Shown piece by piece: positions 20,194 to 29,584 of a stretch of 64,000 bases of DNA; position 1 is the stretch's first letter, and each line of letters starts with the position of its first letter. A model generated the notes under the pieces. It did no database searches. It had not been told where the DNA came from and worked only from the letters and a program-made list of their open reading frames with translations. The DNA is taken from the NCBI GenBank assembly GCA_963771075.1, contig CAVYSE010000011.1, positions 64,001 through 128,000 of the forward strand, given 5' to 3'. The stretch is from a candidate division FCPU426 bacterium (GTDB lineage: Bacteria; Oederibacteriota; Muellerivitia; Muellerivitales; Muellerivitaceae). Position numbers and translations under genes: made by a program.

Positions 20194-21177
20194 TTAATGT
20201 ACTGCCGATGGGGAAGGAACTGAATCGCTTCCTGCGGCGGTTCGGGAAGATTCTTGAAGCACAAACAAGGTTCCCCAAGCCTTCTCATTTGGACCGGCCG
20301 TACCAGGAGCGCTGTCAATGCGAAATCTCCTGGGTTTACCCTTCCAATCAATATCCAAGTATTCCTTTTTTAAATCCCGTCGGTCTTTCAAGGCCTTGGC
20401 CATGATGGTTCCAAGTTCCCCTAAAGGCGTTTCCCTATCCGTCAGATAAAGGTTGAGGAGGGAACGGGGATTCAAGTCGAGTAACTTCCCGACCCGGCTA
20501 TTGACAAAAAGAATGGATTGCTGATTCGAAACCGCAATGGCGCCGACTGGCAATGAATCCAGGACATTTTTAAGGTTGGAAGCGTATTCCAATGCGGCTT
20601 GGTCCCCTTCACGAACTTTTTCGGCCAGCAAATTCGCCTTCTTGGCCAGATCCAGGAGTTCTTTTTCGCGTTGTACGGCGCGATAGGCCAGATAGCCCGC
20701 GTGAATGGCGACCACCAATAAAAGTGCGCAGGACAGAAATAAAGTCGGGTCCATGACGTTGAAAACATCGCTTTTCATGTAAATCACGTACACGTAAAGC
20801 GAAATGACGGGAATGGAAACGAGGAAGCTTCGGCCGGGGGACTGGCTTAAGGCGGAAATAAAAAAGGTGAGAAACAACATGATCAGGAGGTTTGTCTCAA
20901 AGTGGTCAAAAAGATAAAGGCAGCCAAGTAAAAAAGCGAAATCCATGGAAAAGACAACGTATTGAAGCCCTATTTTTTCAAAACGTTCTTCCGGCAAGGT
21001 TAAAAAGGGGATAAAGGATCCGAGTAAAAGCGCAATATAGGCCCATACGATCAGTTGTTTTTCCGGGTGGTTTTGAAAGTAAAGAATGGCAAAACAAGAA
21101 AGGATCAATCCTAAAATCAACCTGATCAGAAAAAGGTTTTTCTTGGCACGGGGGGTAATTTGCTGAAGTTGAACCAT
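20194..21177 (-). CDS. Membrane protein with coiled coil and C-terminal PAS domain
   Basis: About six hydrophobic segments, then LKNVLDSLPVGAIAVS...ILFVN PAS start; no kinase or cyclase domain. Confidence 0.75.
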   Translation of the reverse strand: MVQLQQITPRAKKNLFLIRLILGLILSCFAILYFQNHPEKQLIVWAYIALLLGSFIPFLTLPEERFEKIGLQYVVFSMDFAFLLGCLYLFDHFETNLLIMLFLTFFISALSQSPGRSFLVSIPVISLYVYVIYMKSDVFNVMDPTLFLSCALLLVVAIHAGYLAYRAVQREKELLDLAKKANLLAEKVREGDQAALEYASNLKNVLDSLPVGAIAVSNQQSILFVNSRVGKLLDLNPRSLLNLYLTDRETPLGELGTIMAKALKDRRDLKKEYLDIDWKGKPRRFRIDSAPGTAGPNEKAWGTLFVLQESSRTAAGSDSVPSPSAVH

Positions 21178-21231
21178 AAAACGCCTCTTGCCTTCATTAC
21201 GGTTTACTTATCATAATTCAAGCAACCCCCT

Positions 21232-22182
21232 ATGCCTAGGCGAAATACCCCACCCACCCCCGATGTCTGGCTTGCCCTCTTGGGGGTATATCTGATTTGG
21301 GGGTCCACCTATCTGGCGATTCGTTACGCGGTAGCCACCTTTCCTCCTTTTCTCATGGCGGGTAGCAGGTTCCTTTTGGCAGGTTTTCTTTTATATCTTT
21401 TCATGCGGTTTAAGGGGGAGAAAAAACCCACCTGGGAACAATGGAAAAGCGCGATCGTAGTGGGTTTCCTTCTAGTCTTCTGTTCCAATGGGGGCGTGAG
21501 TTGGGCGGAGAGGGATGTTCCATCCGGGGTGGCCGCCCTTTTGGTCGCAACGGTGCCCCTTTGGATGACAGTTCTGGGATGGGTATGGAAAATAGAGGCA
21601 AGGCCCCTGGCCGCGAACTGGTGGGGTGTCCTCCTTGGGTTAATGGGGGTGGGTCTTCTGATGGGACCCGGGTTGTTCCAGCGGGGGGGAAATTCTTGCG
21701 GTTGGGGAATGGGTATCCTCGCCTTGACCCCTGTCACTTGGACTGTCGGTTCCTTATACGCAAGACAGGCGGTCCTGCCCTCTTCCCCTTTTCTATCCAC
21801 TTCCATGGAGATGATCGCGGGCGGTTTTTTTCAGATCATGGGAGCTTTATCGCTGGGTGAATTGTCGGGGTTTCACCTTTCCCAAATATCCGGACTTTCA
21901 TGGGCGGCGTGGGGATACCTGGCCTTGATGGGATCCCTGGTCGGGTTTACTTCCTATATTTGGGTTTTGCACAAGGCTTCCCCAACCTTGGCTTCCACCT
22001 ATGCTTTCGTCAATCCTGTTATCGCTGTTTTTTTGGGATGGGCCTGGGGGGGAGAGACCCTCACTCCGTCCATGTTTATATCGATGGGTATGATTGTGTT
22101 GGCGGTGGTCTTGATTACGTTTCAGAAGTCTTTTACGCGGATGAAGGTCGAGAATTTATCCGATTTGCAAAATCGACCCTGA
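21232..22182 (+). CDS. EamA/DMT transporter (YedA-like)
   Basis: VYLIWGSTYLAIR, PPFLMAGSRF, TYAFVNPVIAV. Confidence 0.92.
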   Translation: MPRRNTPPTPDVWLALLGVYLIWGSTYLAIRYAVATFPPFLMAGSRFLLAGFLLYLFMRFKGEKKPTWEQWKSAIVVGFLLVFCSNGGVSWAERDVPSGVAALLVATVPLWMTVLGWVWKIEARPLAANWWGVLLGLMGVGLLMGPGLFQRGGNSCGWGMGILALTPVTWTVGSLYARQAVLPSSPFLSTSMEMIAGGFFQIMGALSLGELSGFHLSQISGLSWAAWGYLALMGSLVGFTSYIWVLHKASPTLASTYAFVNPVIAVFLGWAWGGETLTPSMFISMGMIVLAVVLITFQKSFTRMKVENLSDLQNRP

Positions 22183-22302
22183 GTCTTGGGGGTTACGACA
22201 TGCCTTCATGGATATTGATGAAATAAACAATTAAAATGCCGCTCGCTTTGAAGCGTGGCGTTTGATTACCAATCCGGACGGGTTGAAGAAGAGGTTTGGG
22301 AG

Positions 22303-23574
22303 TTGAGTGAAAAAAAACTAAGTATTGCCGTTGTGGGTGGTGGCGTGGCCGGGATTACCGCCGCCCATATCCTTTCCCGTTACCATTCGGTCGTGCTTCT
22401 CGAAAAAAACGATTATATCGGCGGCCATACCCACACGATCGTTTTACCCGAGGGGCCCGACGCGGGAACTCCCCTGGACACGGGTTTTATCGTATGCAAC
22501 GACAGGAATTACCCCCTTTTTGACAAGCTTCTCGGCCAATTGGGTGTGGAGCTGCGAAACAGCAACATGTCCTTCGGCTATTACGATGAGATCTCAAATC
22601 TCCAGTATTCCGGGCCCGAGATCAACGGGGTATTTGCCCAAAGGAAAAACCTTTTTAATTTCGGTTTTTTGGGAATGCTTTGGGACATGGACCGGTTCCA
22701 TCAAAGCGCCCGCCGGGATTTGTTCACGGGTAAACTCCTGACGATGACCTTGGGTGAGTATCTGGTAAAAGGATGGTATGGAAAAGCCTTTATCCGGGAT
22801 TATGTGATCCCCATGGGATCGGCCATCTGGTCCACATCTCCCGCCGAAATGATGGAATTTCCCGCCTCCACTTTTGTTCGGTTTTTTGATAATCACGGCC
22901 TATTAACCTTTTCTGACCGCCCCCAGTGGCAGACCGTTGTGGGGGGGAGCCACGCCTATGTAAATGCTTTTCTCGCTGGGTTCAGGGGGGAAGTCAGGAC
23001 TCAAGTGGAGGTTCAACGGGTAAAGCGAAAGCCGGAGGGTGTTCATTTGGAAACTTCGCGGGGAGAAAACCTGGTATTTGATCGGCTAGTCCTGGCCTGC
23101 CACGCGGATGAGGCATTGAAAATGCTTGCGGACCCATCACCCGAGGAAAAAAACATTCTTTCCCCTTGGCGTTACCAGAAGAATCAGGCGGTTCTCCATA
23201 CCGATGAGTCCGTCATGCCCCCCTTGAAGAGGGCTTGGGCAAGTTGGAATTACACAAGAGAAAAAAATAATTCTCCCTTCCCTCTGGTATCGGTTACCTA
23301 CCATATGAACCGCATCCAAGGACTGGAAGCTCAACGGCAATATTTTGTCAGTTTGAACCGACAGGGCACGATCCACCCGGATAAAATTCTTCGGGAAATA
23401 ACCTATACCCACCCAACCTACACAAGGGAAGCGGTGGAAAATCAACCCCGGCTGTTAAGCCTCAATGGGGTGAAAAACACATTCTATTGCGGTTCTTATT
23501 TCGGTTATGGGTTTCATGAGGACGCGGTTAGATCAGGGGTAGAAGTAGCCCGCTGTTTCGGGTTTGATTTATGA
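22303..23574 (+). CDS. FAD-dependent oxidoreductase (amine-oxidase family usually linked to cfa/DUF1365)
   Basis: GGGVAG, GGHTHT, DTGFIV.N..NYP, AWASWNY, GYGFHEDA; start TTG 22303 or GTG 22255. Confidence 0.88.
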   Translation: MSEKKLSIAVVGGGVAGITAAHILSRYHSVVLLEKNDYIGGHTHTIVLPEGPDAGTPLDTGFIVCNDRNYPLFDKLLGQLGVELRNSNMSFGYYDEISNLQYSGPEINGVFAQRKNLFNFGFLGMLWDMDRFHQSARRDLFTGKLLTMTLGEYLVKGWYGKAFIRDYVIPMGSAIWSTSPAEMMEFPASTFVRFFDNHGLLTFSDRPQWQTVVGGSHAYVNAFLAGFRGEVRTQVEVQRVKRKPEGVHLETSRGENLVFDRLVLACHADEALKMLADPSPEEKNILSPWRYQKNQAVLHTDESVMPPLKRAWASWNYTREKNNSPFPLVSVTYHMNRIQGLEAQRQYFVSLNRQGTIHPDKILREITYTHPTYTREAVENQPRLLSLNGVKNTFYCGSYFGYGFHEDAVRSGVEVARCFGFDL

Positions 23575-23741
23575 TAGTTTTTCAATAAATTTGAGGCATT
23601 TTATTATTTAAGCGACCAAAAAAGCAAAGCAGTCTCGATTTCTGAAGCGTCCCGGGAGTATAAGAGAAACATTTGGACCTTTGTCCGCAGATTGGGAACG
23701 GTTTAATCCATCATCCTATCCTTCAAGAGGCGCGAAACCAC

Positions 23742-24671
23742 ATGCAATCAGGGGAAAATGTGAGTTCGGAAAGAACACCCGAACCGGTCGGGCAACCGGC
23801 CCGCCGTCCTTATGGACCCGACGAGAAAATCGACTGGATCGACAGCGTTCCTTTTTTTCTCGTCCATATCGTGGGGGGCTTGGCGATATTCACGGGATTC
23901 AGCTGGCCCGCGATCCTGATGTGCTTATTCATGTATTACTTCCGCATGTTCGCCATCACGGGCGCCTACCACCGGTATTTTTCCCACCGGACTTACAAAA
24001 CAAGCCGCTTTTTCCAGTTCATTCTCGCTTTTTGGGGCGCCTCCAGCGCCCAACAGGGACCGCTCTGGTGGGCCGCACACCATCGTCATCACCATAAATA
24101 CTCCGACACACCGGATGATGTCCACTCCGCCCGCCAAAGGGGACTTTGGTGGTCGCATGTGGGATGGATCCTTTGCAAAAAATACTCTCGAACCAATGTG
24201 GAAGCCGTGAAGGATCTCACCAAATACCAGGAGCTATTATTCATCAACAGGTACCACAGTATCGCGCCGATCGTTTTGGCAACCGCGATATATTTCTTCG
24301 GCGCTTTCCTTCAGCATGCCGCCCCTGGACTGCATACGAATGGCCTTCAAATGGTAACTTGGGGATTTTTCACCTCTACCACCCTGCTTTACCATGGTAC
24401 GTTTTGCATCAACTCTCTCTGCCACTTGATCGGAAAGAAACGGTACGAGACGGGTGATGACAGCAAAAACAGTTTCGTTCTTTCCATGGTCACCCTCGGG
24501 GAAGGGTGGCATAACAACCACCACCGCTTTCCCTTCGCGGAAAGCCAGGGAATCTTTTGGTGGGAAATCGATATTACCCATTACATCCTGAAGGTTTTTT
24601 CGTGGGTAGGCTTGGTTTGGGATATTCAATCTCACCCGAGGGAATTGATAGGACAAGGACGTGCGGGTTGA
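23742..24671 (+). CDS. Membrane fatty-acid (acyl-CoA, delta-9-like) desaturase
   Basis: His boxes HRYFSH, HRHHH and HNNHH; WWEID. Confidence 0.93.
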   Translation: MQSGENVSSERTPEPVGQPARRPYGPDEKIDWIDSVPFFLVHIVGGLAIFTGFSWPAILMCLFMYYFRMFAITGAYHRYFSHRTYKTSRFFQFILAFWGASSAQQGPLWWAAHHRHHHKYSDTPDDVHSARQRGLWWSHVGWILCKKYSRTNVEAVKDLTKYQELLFINRYHSIAPIVLATAIYFFGAFLQHAAPGLHTNGLQMVTWGFFTSTTLLYHGTFCINSLCHLIGKKRYETGDDSKNSFVLSMVTLGEGWHNNHHRFPFAESQGIFWWEIDITHYILKVFSWVGLVWDIQSHPRELIGQGRAG

Positions 24672-24766
24672 GCCTTTGCCCGTCCCTTTCTTTGGCCATT
24701 CTCGTGGTTTAAAACCGGTAAGAGGCCCGACCGCAGTTTGGAATATTTTTCTTCCCACTCGCGGGC

Positions 24767-24795
24767 TTGACAGGCAGAAACCCCGCTTTTAATTT
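24767..24795 (+). promoter_or_regulatory. Candidate sigma70 promoter
   Basis: TTGACA-17 nt-TAATTT upstream of the DUF4337 gene. Confidence 0.5.
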
Positions 24796-24830
24796 ATGGG
24801 CGTTTTTCATCCCCTTTTAAGGAAAACCTA

Positions 24831-25370
24831 ATGCCTGAGGAAATCGAAGTGCCTACCGATCACCTGCATGAACACATGGAACACAGCGCCGCCCATTCCA
24901 AGGAAAACTGGATAATGGGCGTGGCCCTCAGTTCCGCCATCCTGGCTGTATTCGCGGCCGTTTCCGCGCTCTTGGCGGGTTCCCACGCCAATGAGGCCAT
25001 GTTGAGCCAGCTGAAGGCCTCGGACCAATGGGCCTATTACCAATCCAAGGGCATCAAGGCGAACGTGCTTAACTCCAAAATCGAGCTATTGAGCGCGCTC
25101 AAACACCAGGCCTCGGAGGAAGACTTTAAAAAATTGGAGCAGTACAAGGAAGACCAGGAAAAGGTCAAGGAACAGGCCACCCAGTTCCAGGAAGACGCCG
25201 AAAATCACTTGAAGCACCACGAGGTTCTGGCCAATTCGGTTACTTTTTTCCAGGTCGCCATCGCCATTGGCGCTATCGCCGCCTTGGCCCGAAAGAAAAT
25301 TTTCTGGCTTGTCAGCATGGGTGTGGGTGTTTTGGGTGTGGTTTGTTTTGTGTTGGGACTGATCTATTAA
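24831..25370 (+). CDS. DUF4337-family membrane protein
   Basis: ASDQWAYYQSKGIK, FQVAIAIGAI; TM-coiled coil-TM-TM layout. Confidence 0.85.
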   Translation: MPEEIEVPTDHLHEHMEHSAAHSKENWIMGVALSSAILAVFAAVSALLAGSHANEAMLSQLKASDQWAYYQSKGIKANVLNSKIELLSALKHQASEEDFKKLEQYKEDQEKVKEQATQFQEDAENHLKHHEVLANSVTFFQVAIAIGAIAALARKKIFWLVSMGVGVLGVVCFVLGLIY

Positions 25371-25494
25371 TAGAGAGGCCGGTTGCAAGGGCGAAGTTTC
25401 CACCCGCTTTTTTTCGTAAGGATCATGAAAATAAAGGGTTTGTATCATTAATTCCTGAATGAGCTGAAACCATCCGTAATTAACGAATAGTAAA

Positions 25495-25584
25495 CCCCTT
25501 GCCCATTGTGGGAGGGGGCAGGGTGAGCGGTGCTCTTAAATCAAGAGAAACCCTCCCCCGAGCCACTCCCCATAAGGGAGGGAG
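25495..25584. repeat. REP-like GC-rich paired palindromes
   Basis: CCCCTTGCCCATTGTGGGAGGGGGCAGGGTGAG ... CCCTCCCCCGAGCCACTCCCCATAAGGGAGGGAG between convergent genes. Confidence 0.65.
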
Positions 25585-25612
25585 TCGAGAAAGTCATCCC
25601 CCCAATAACCCT

Positions 25613-26224
25613 TTAAAAGTTGAAGATAAAACTTTTTCCCGTGCTTAGGAATAAATCCTTGTATTTGGAAAAGTTGCCAACGGTTGATGAGCAGGTGAGA
25701 GAGTACCCTTTTTTGTCTTTCACAAACAGAAATACCATCACTTTCGAGCGTGATTCGATTTTTGGGTATTGGTAGGAATAAACAAGATATTTACCCTGGG
25801 TGGCGGCCTTTCCGATGTCTCCTGAATCCTCGTTCTTGAAACCGCTCAATCCGGCGGACAGGTTTTTCAAATTAAGGTCGATAAAACGGGATAGGTCCAC
25901 CCCCGTGTCCAGGTCCATCACGATCAGGCTTATGTTTACGGGCAGGGTTTCGTTTTTATCCAACGTTGCGCGGAAGGCCGCCATCCGGATCATGGAACCC
26001 TGAACCCGCTGGTTGATTTCCTTCACGGTCCAATCCGATGGGATTTGAAATGAGACTTTTTCGGCAGCGTTCGTGTAAAGGGTTGTGGGGAAGGATGGTA
26101 CAACCGGGGTCAAGGCGGAAACCTGGGCCTGGCAAGGCCTGGCCCCTAGTGAAAGACCGAGGGATAGAATCAAACAACAAACCCCGGAAATAAACCGGGC
26201 CATTACGTCCCTTTTCTTTTCCAT
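25613..26224 (-). CDS. Exported PsbP/DcrB-like protein
   Basis: Signal peptide, SFQIPSDW, Y.LT..S...F..YKDLF....SF. Confidence 0.65.
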   Translation of the reverse strand: MEKKRDVMARFISGVCCLILSLGLSLGARPCQAQVSALTPVVPSFPTTLYTNAAEKVSFQIPSDWTVKEINQRVQGSMIRMAAFRATLDKNETLPVNISLIVMDLDTGVDLSRFIDLNLKNLSAGLSGFKNEDSGDIGKAATQGKYLVYSYQYPKIESRSKVMVFLFVKDKKGYSLTCSSTVGNFSKYKDLFLSTGKSFIFNF

Positions 26225-26240
26225 GAGAAGTCAAGCCTTC

Positions 26241-28091
26241 CTAACAACATCCATAATCGGGCATGTCGCTTTGGTTTGTTTCCGATTCCTTTAAATTCCT
26301 GGGATTTTTCTTTAAAACAAGGATTTGGTACCACCGGCGGAAGGATTCCTCCAGCACCAGGACGGCGCAAATCATGATCACCACGGTCAAGCCGGCCATG
26401 ACGTAAGCCGGTGCCGCCTTGTCTGGATGGTTCTTTGCCAGCGGCAAGAAATTGTCTGTGATATTTAAATAAGCGGCTGAAAGGGTCGAGGTTGCCACGA
26501 AGACCAGGGGCACCAAGGCCGCCCAAACGTACCTTACCCTGCCTGAATTAATGATGGCGCTGGCAGCGGCTGCCAGAGCCACGCTGGCCAGTAGCTGGTT
26601 GGCCGTGCCGAACATGGGCCAAATGGTACTGACGCTCCCGCTCAAAATCAACCAGGCCCAGAGCGACACCACCAGAGCCGTGCAAAGGGCGGTCCCGGGA
26701 ATCCAATGGGGGTCCTCCAGGGGCTTCCAGAACCTGCCGAAAAATTCCTGCAAAACGAAGCGCCCGATGCGGGTGCCCGCGTCGATGGTGGTCAAAATGA
26801 ACAGGGCCTCGAACATGATCATGAAGTGGTAGAAGTAATTCATGAGTTTTTCCAGCCCCGGCAAGCCGGAGAAAATCTGGGCGAATCCCACGGCCAGGGA
26901 GACCGCCCCACCCGGCCGGCCCTGAACGTTCTCGCCCACGGCATCGCAAAGCTCCTTCAACCGCACGGGGGTTAATCCCAGGGTCGCGAACTTTTCCGGG
27001 GAAAGGTTGATGGCGAAATAATCCGCGGGGAAAAGGGAACAGGTGGCCATCAGCGCCACCACCCCCACCAGGCCCTCCACCAGCATGGCCCCATAGCCGA
27101 TGGTGCGGGCATCCGTCTCCTTATCCAGCATCTTGGAGGTGGTGCCCGAGGAAACCAGGGCATGGAAGCCCGAGATGGCGCCGCAAGCAATGGTAATGAA
27201 AACGAAGGGGAAGAGCTTGCCGGGAATGATGGGCCCTCCGCCGGCCACGTACTGGGTGAAGGCCGGCATTTGCAGGGTGGGGTGGACCAGGATGATGCCC
27301 ACCACCAAGGCCGCGATCGTCCCGATTTTCATGTAGGAACTCAGGTATCCCATGGGTGTCATCAGCATCCAAACCGGCAGGACCGAGGCAAAGAAACCAT
27401 AAAGAGCGAGGGCCAGGACAACGCCGCTGGACGAAAAGGTGAATAGGGGGGCCAGGCCCGAATGGGCCACCACATTCCCGAAAATAACCGCGGAAACCAT
27501 AACCACGACCCCGAAAACGCTGACTTCGGCGATTTTACCAACCCGGAACTTGAAGAGCCAAAAACCCACGATCAAGGCAGTGGCAATGGTGCTTCCGATG
27601 GAAAAGACGCCCCAGGGACTGCCCTTCAAGGCGTTGACCACCGCCATGCCCAGGCCCGCCAGGGCCATGACCACTATGATGAAAATGGCGATGGCGCCCA
27701 TGATGGCGGCCAGGGGGCTGATCTCGTGCCGCAGAATTTCCACCAGGGATTTGCCCTTCCGGCGCACGGAAGCAACCAAGATCGTGAAATCATGCACCGC
27801 GCCGGCCAGGCAGACCCCGGCTAGAAGCCATATAAAGCCCGGAGCGTAACCGAATTGCGCGGCCAGGACCGGGCCGATCAAGGGGCCGGAACCCGCGATG
27901 TTGGCGAAATGCTGGCCGAAGAGAACGAATTTGGGAATGGGTTTGTAATTGGTCCCATCGTTCAGGGCATGGGCCGGGGTCACGCGGGAATCGTCCAGGG
28001 CCACCACCTTCGCCGCCAGGAAGGCGCTGTAATAACGGTAGGCGATGACCAGGACCAAAAGGGCGGTTAACATCAAGGGCAGAACGTTCAA
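26241..28091 (-). CDS. cstA: Carbon starvation protein A (peptide/pyruvate transporter)
   Basis: HFANIAGSGPLIGP, FITIACGAISGFH, WPMFGTANQLLA. Confidence 0.96.
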   Translation of the reverse strand: MNVLPLMLTALLVLVIAYRYYSAFLAAKVVALDDSRVTPAHALNDGTNYKPIPKFVLFGQHFANIAGSGPLIGPVLAAQFGYAPGFIWLLAGVCLAGAVHDFTILVASVRRKGKSLVEILRHEISPLAAIMGAIAIFIIVVMALAGLGMAVVNALKGSPWGVFSIGSTIATALIVGFWLFKFRVGKIAEVSVFGVVVMVSAVIFGNVVAHSGLAPLFTFSSSGVVLALALYGFFASVLPVWMLMTPMGYLSSYMKIGTIAALVVGIILVHPTLQMPAFTQYVAGGGPIIPGKLFPFVFITIACGAISGFHALVSSGTTSKMLDKETDARTIGYGAMLVEGLVGVVALMATCSLFPADYFAINLSPEKFATLGLTPVRLKELCDAVGENVQGRPGGAVSLAVGFAQIFSGLPGLEKLMNYFYHFMIMFEALFILTTIDAGTRIGRFVLQEFFGRFWKPLEDPHWIPGTALCTALVVSLWAWLILSGSVSTIWPMFGTANQLLASVALAAAASAIINSGRVRYVWAALVPLVFVATSTLSAAYLNITDNFLPLAKNHPDKAAPAYVMAGLTVVIMICAVLVLEESFRRWYQILVLKKNPRNLKESETNQSDMPDYGCC

Positions 28092-28178
28092 TTTTTCCCC
28101 CTGAGTAAAAAGGTTAGACGAAACTAACTTAAATCAGGAAGACCTGGCCGTCAACGAAGGGCGTAAAATCATTAATTG

Positions 28179-28234
28179 GCAGGCCACAGTTTGCAGGAAA
28201 GTCTTTAAAAACCTAACTGCCAACTGTGAGCTGC
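28179..28234. repeat. Inverted heptamer-family repeat pair
   Basis: GCAGGCCACAGTTTGCAG matches the reverse complement of CTGCCAACTGTGAGCTGC at 15/18. Confidence 0.6.
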
Positions 28235-28244
28235 AAGGCCGTAT

Positions 28245-29516
28245 TCAGGTTCGGCGTCTTTTCAGGCCGAAATAATAGATGAGGAAGGCGCCCAGGGCGC
28301 AGAAAACCCCACCAGCCTGCAGGGCCAATCCGGAATTATTAAAATGGAAGGCTAGGGCTCCCATCCAAAGACTGCCGATCGGCATGCCCCCGCCGAAGAC
28401 GAGGGCCCAGATCCCCATGATGCGGCCCCTTAAGGGGTCCGGTGAATAGGTTTGGACGATGCTGTTGCCGGTGGAGAAGAAAAGCACGATTCCGAATCCC
28501 ACGAAGAAGATCAGGAAGGCAGCCCCCGCGGGGTTATGCTGGAATCCCAACAGGAAGATAAAAACGCTGAAAAGAGAGATGCCGAAAAGAAGGGTTCTTT
28601 CCTTCAATAAATGGTTTCCCTGGCTTGCCACCACTAGAGCGGCCACGCAGGCTCCCAGGCCGTTTATGGCCAGGATCCATCCATAACCGTCGGGTCCCAG
28701 GCCCAGGCGGTCAGGCACGAAGGCCGCCAATTGGGATTGATAGGACCACCCTCCCAGGCTCAAGACCAGCATCAGACTCATGGTATGCGCGAGGGCGTGG
28801 TGGTTTTTGACGTATCGGAAACCATCCAAGTAATACTGGCTGTCGGTCTTCACCCCGCTGACATGCGTGGTCTTTTCAATGCGCATGTGATAGAGGCCGA
28901 AAAGCACCGCGATGAAACTCAAGCCATCCATGAGGAAACACCACTGGGGGCCAAAGGCAAGAAGAATGCCGCCGATCGCGGGCCCGATTACCCGGGTGGC
29001 GTTGACCATTCCGCTGTTCAAGGCGATGGCGTTGACCAGGTTTTCCTTTCCGACCAGCTCCACCATGAGGGACTGCCGCGCCGGCATCTCGAAGGCCATG
29101 CAAAGGCCCCAGAGTGAAACGAAGCCCATTAAGGTGCGGATGTCCCTCTCGCCCTGGAACAAGAGAAAAGAGAAAGCCAGGGAGGCCGTCATGGCGGTCC
29201 AGCTAGTGATTTTGAAAATTCGCAGTTTGGGAATCCGATCCGCCAAGGAACCGGCATAGGTGGAGAAGAGGAAAATGGGCAGGGCATTGAGCATGAAGAT
29301 AATGCCGAGGAGGAGCTTGGAATGGGTCCACTGGTAGGCCAGCCAGCCCCAGGCCGCGCTTCGGGCCCAGGTGCCGATGAGGGAGACGGTTTGGCCCATG
29401 AAGAAATAACGGTAATTAACGTTCTTAAAGGCGGCGAAGGTTTTACCCCAGCCTTTTAACGGGGGGAGACTATCCGAGGGGGATGGAATAGTTGAGATTT
29501 TTGGACTGGGACTCAA
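28245..29516 (-). CDS. MFS transporter (MFS_3/H+ antiporter-like)
   Basis: GQTVSLIGTW, GSLADR, PARQS, NAIALNS..N.TRVIGP, RGRIMG. Confidence 0.92.
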   Translation of the reverse strand: MSPSPKISTIPSPSDSLPPLKGWGKTFAAFKNVNYRYFFMGQTVSLIGTWARSAAWGWLAYQWTHSKLLLGIIFMLNALPIFLFSTYAGSLADRIPKLRIFKITSWTAMTASLAFSFLLFQGERDIRTLMGFVSLWGLCMAFEMPARQSLMVELVGKENLVNAIALNSGMVNATRVIGPAIGGILLAFGPQWCFLMDGLSFIAVLFGLYHMRIEKTTHVSGVKTDSQYYLDGFRYVKNHHALAHTMSLMLVLSLGGWSYQSQLAAFVPDRLGLGPDGYGWILAINGLGACVAALVVASQGNHLLKERTLLFGISLFSVFIFLLGFQHNPAGAAFLIFFVGFGIVLFFSTGNSIVQTYSPDPLRGRIMGIWALVFGGGMPIGSLWMGALAFHFNNSGLALQAGGVFCALGAFLIYYFGLKRRRT

Positions 29517-29584
29517 TAAATCGTTCCTTTGGGACAGAGATTATTTAGTTTATTCCAGGAAAACACATCCCTAAACTGGCCAAA

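Noticed and set aside
19941..20405. 154-aa + strand ORF as an intact gene
   Set aside because: Overlaps the PAS gene antisense by about 210 nt; only a short internal segment looks protein-like
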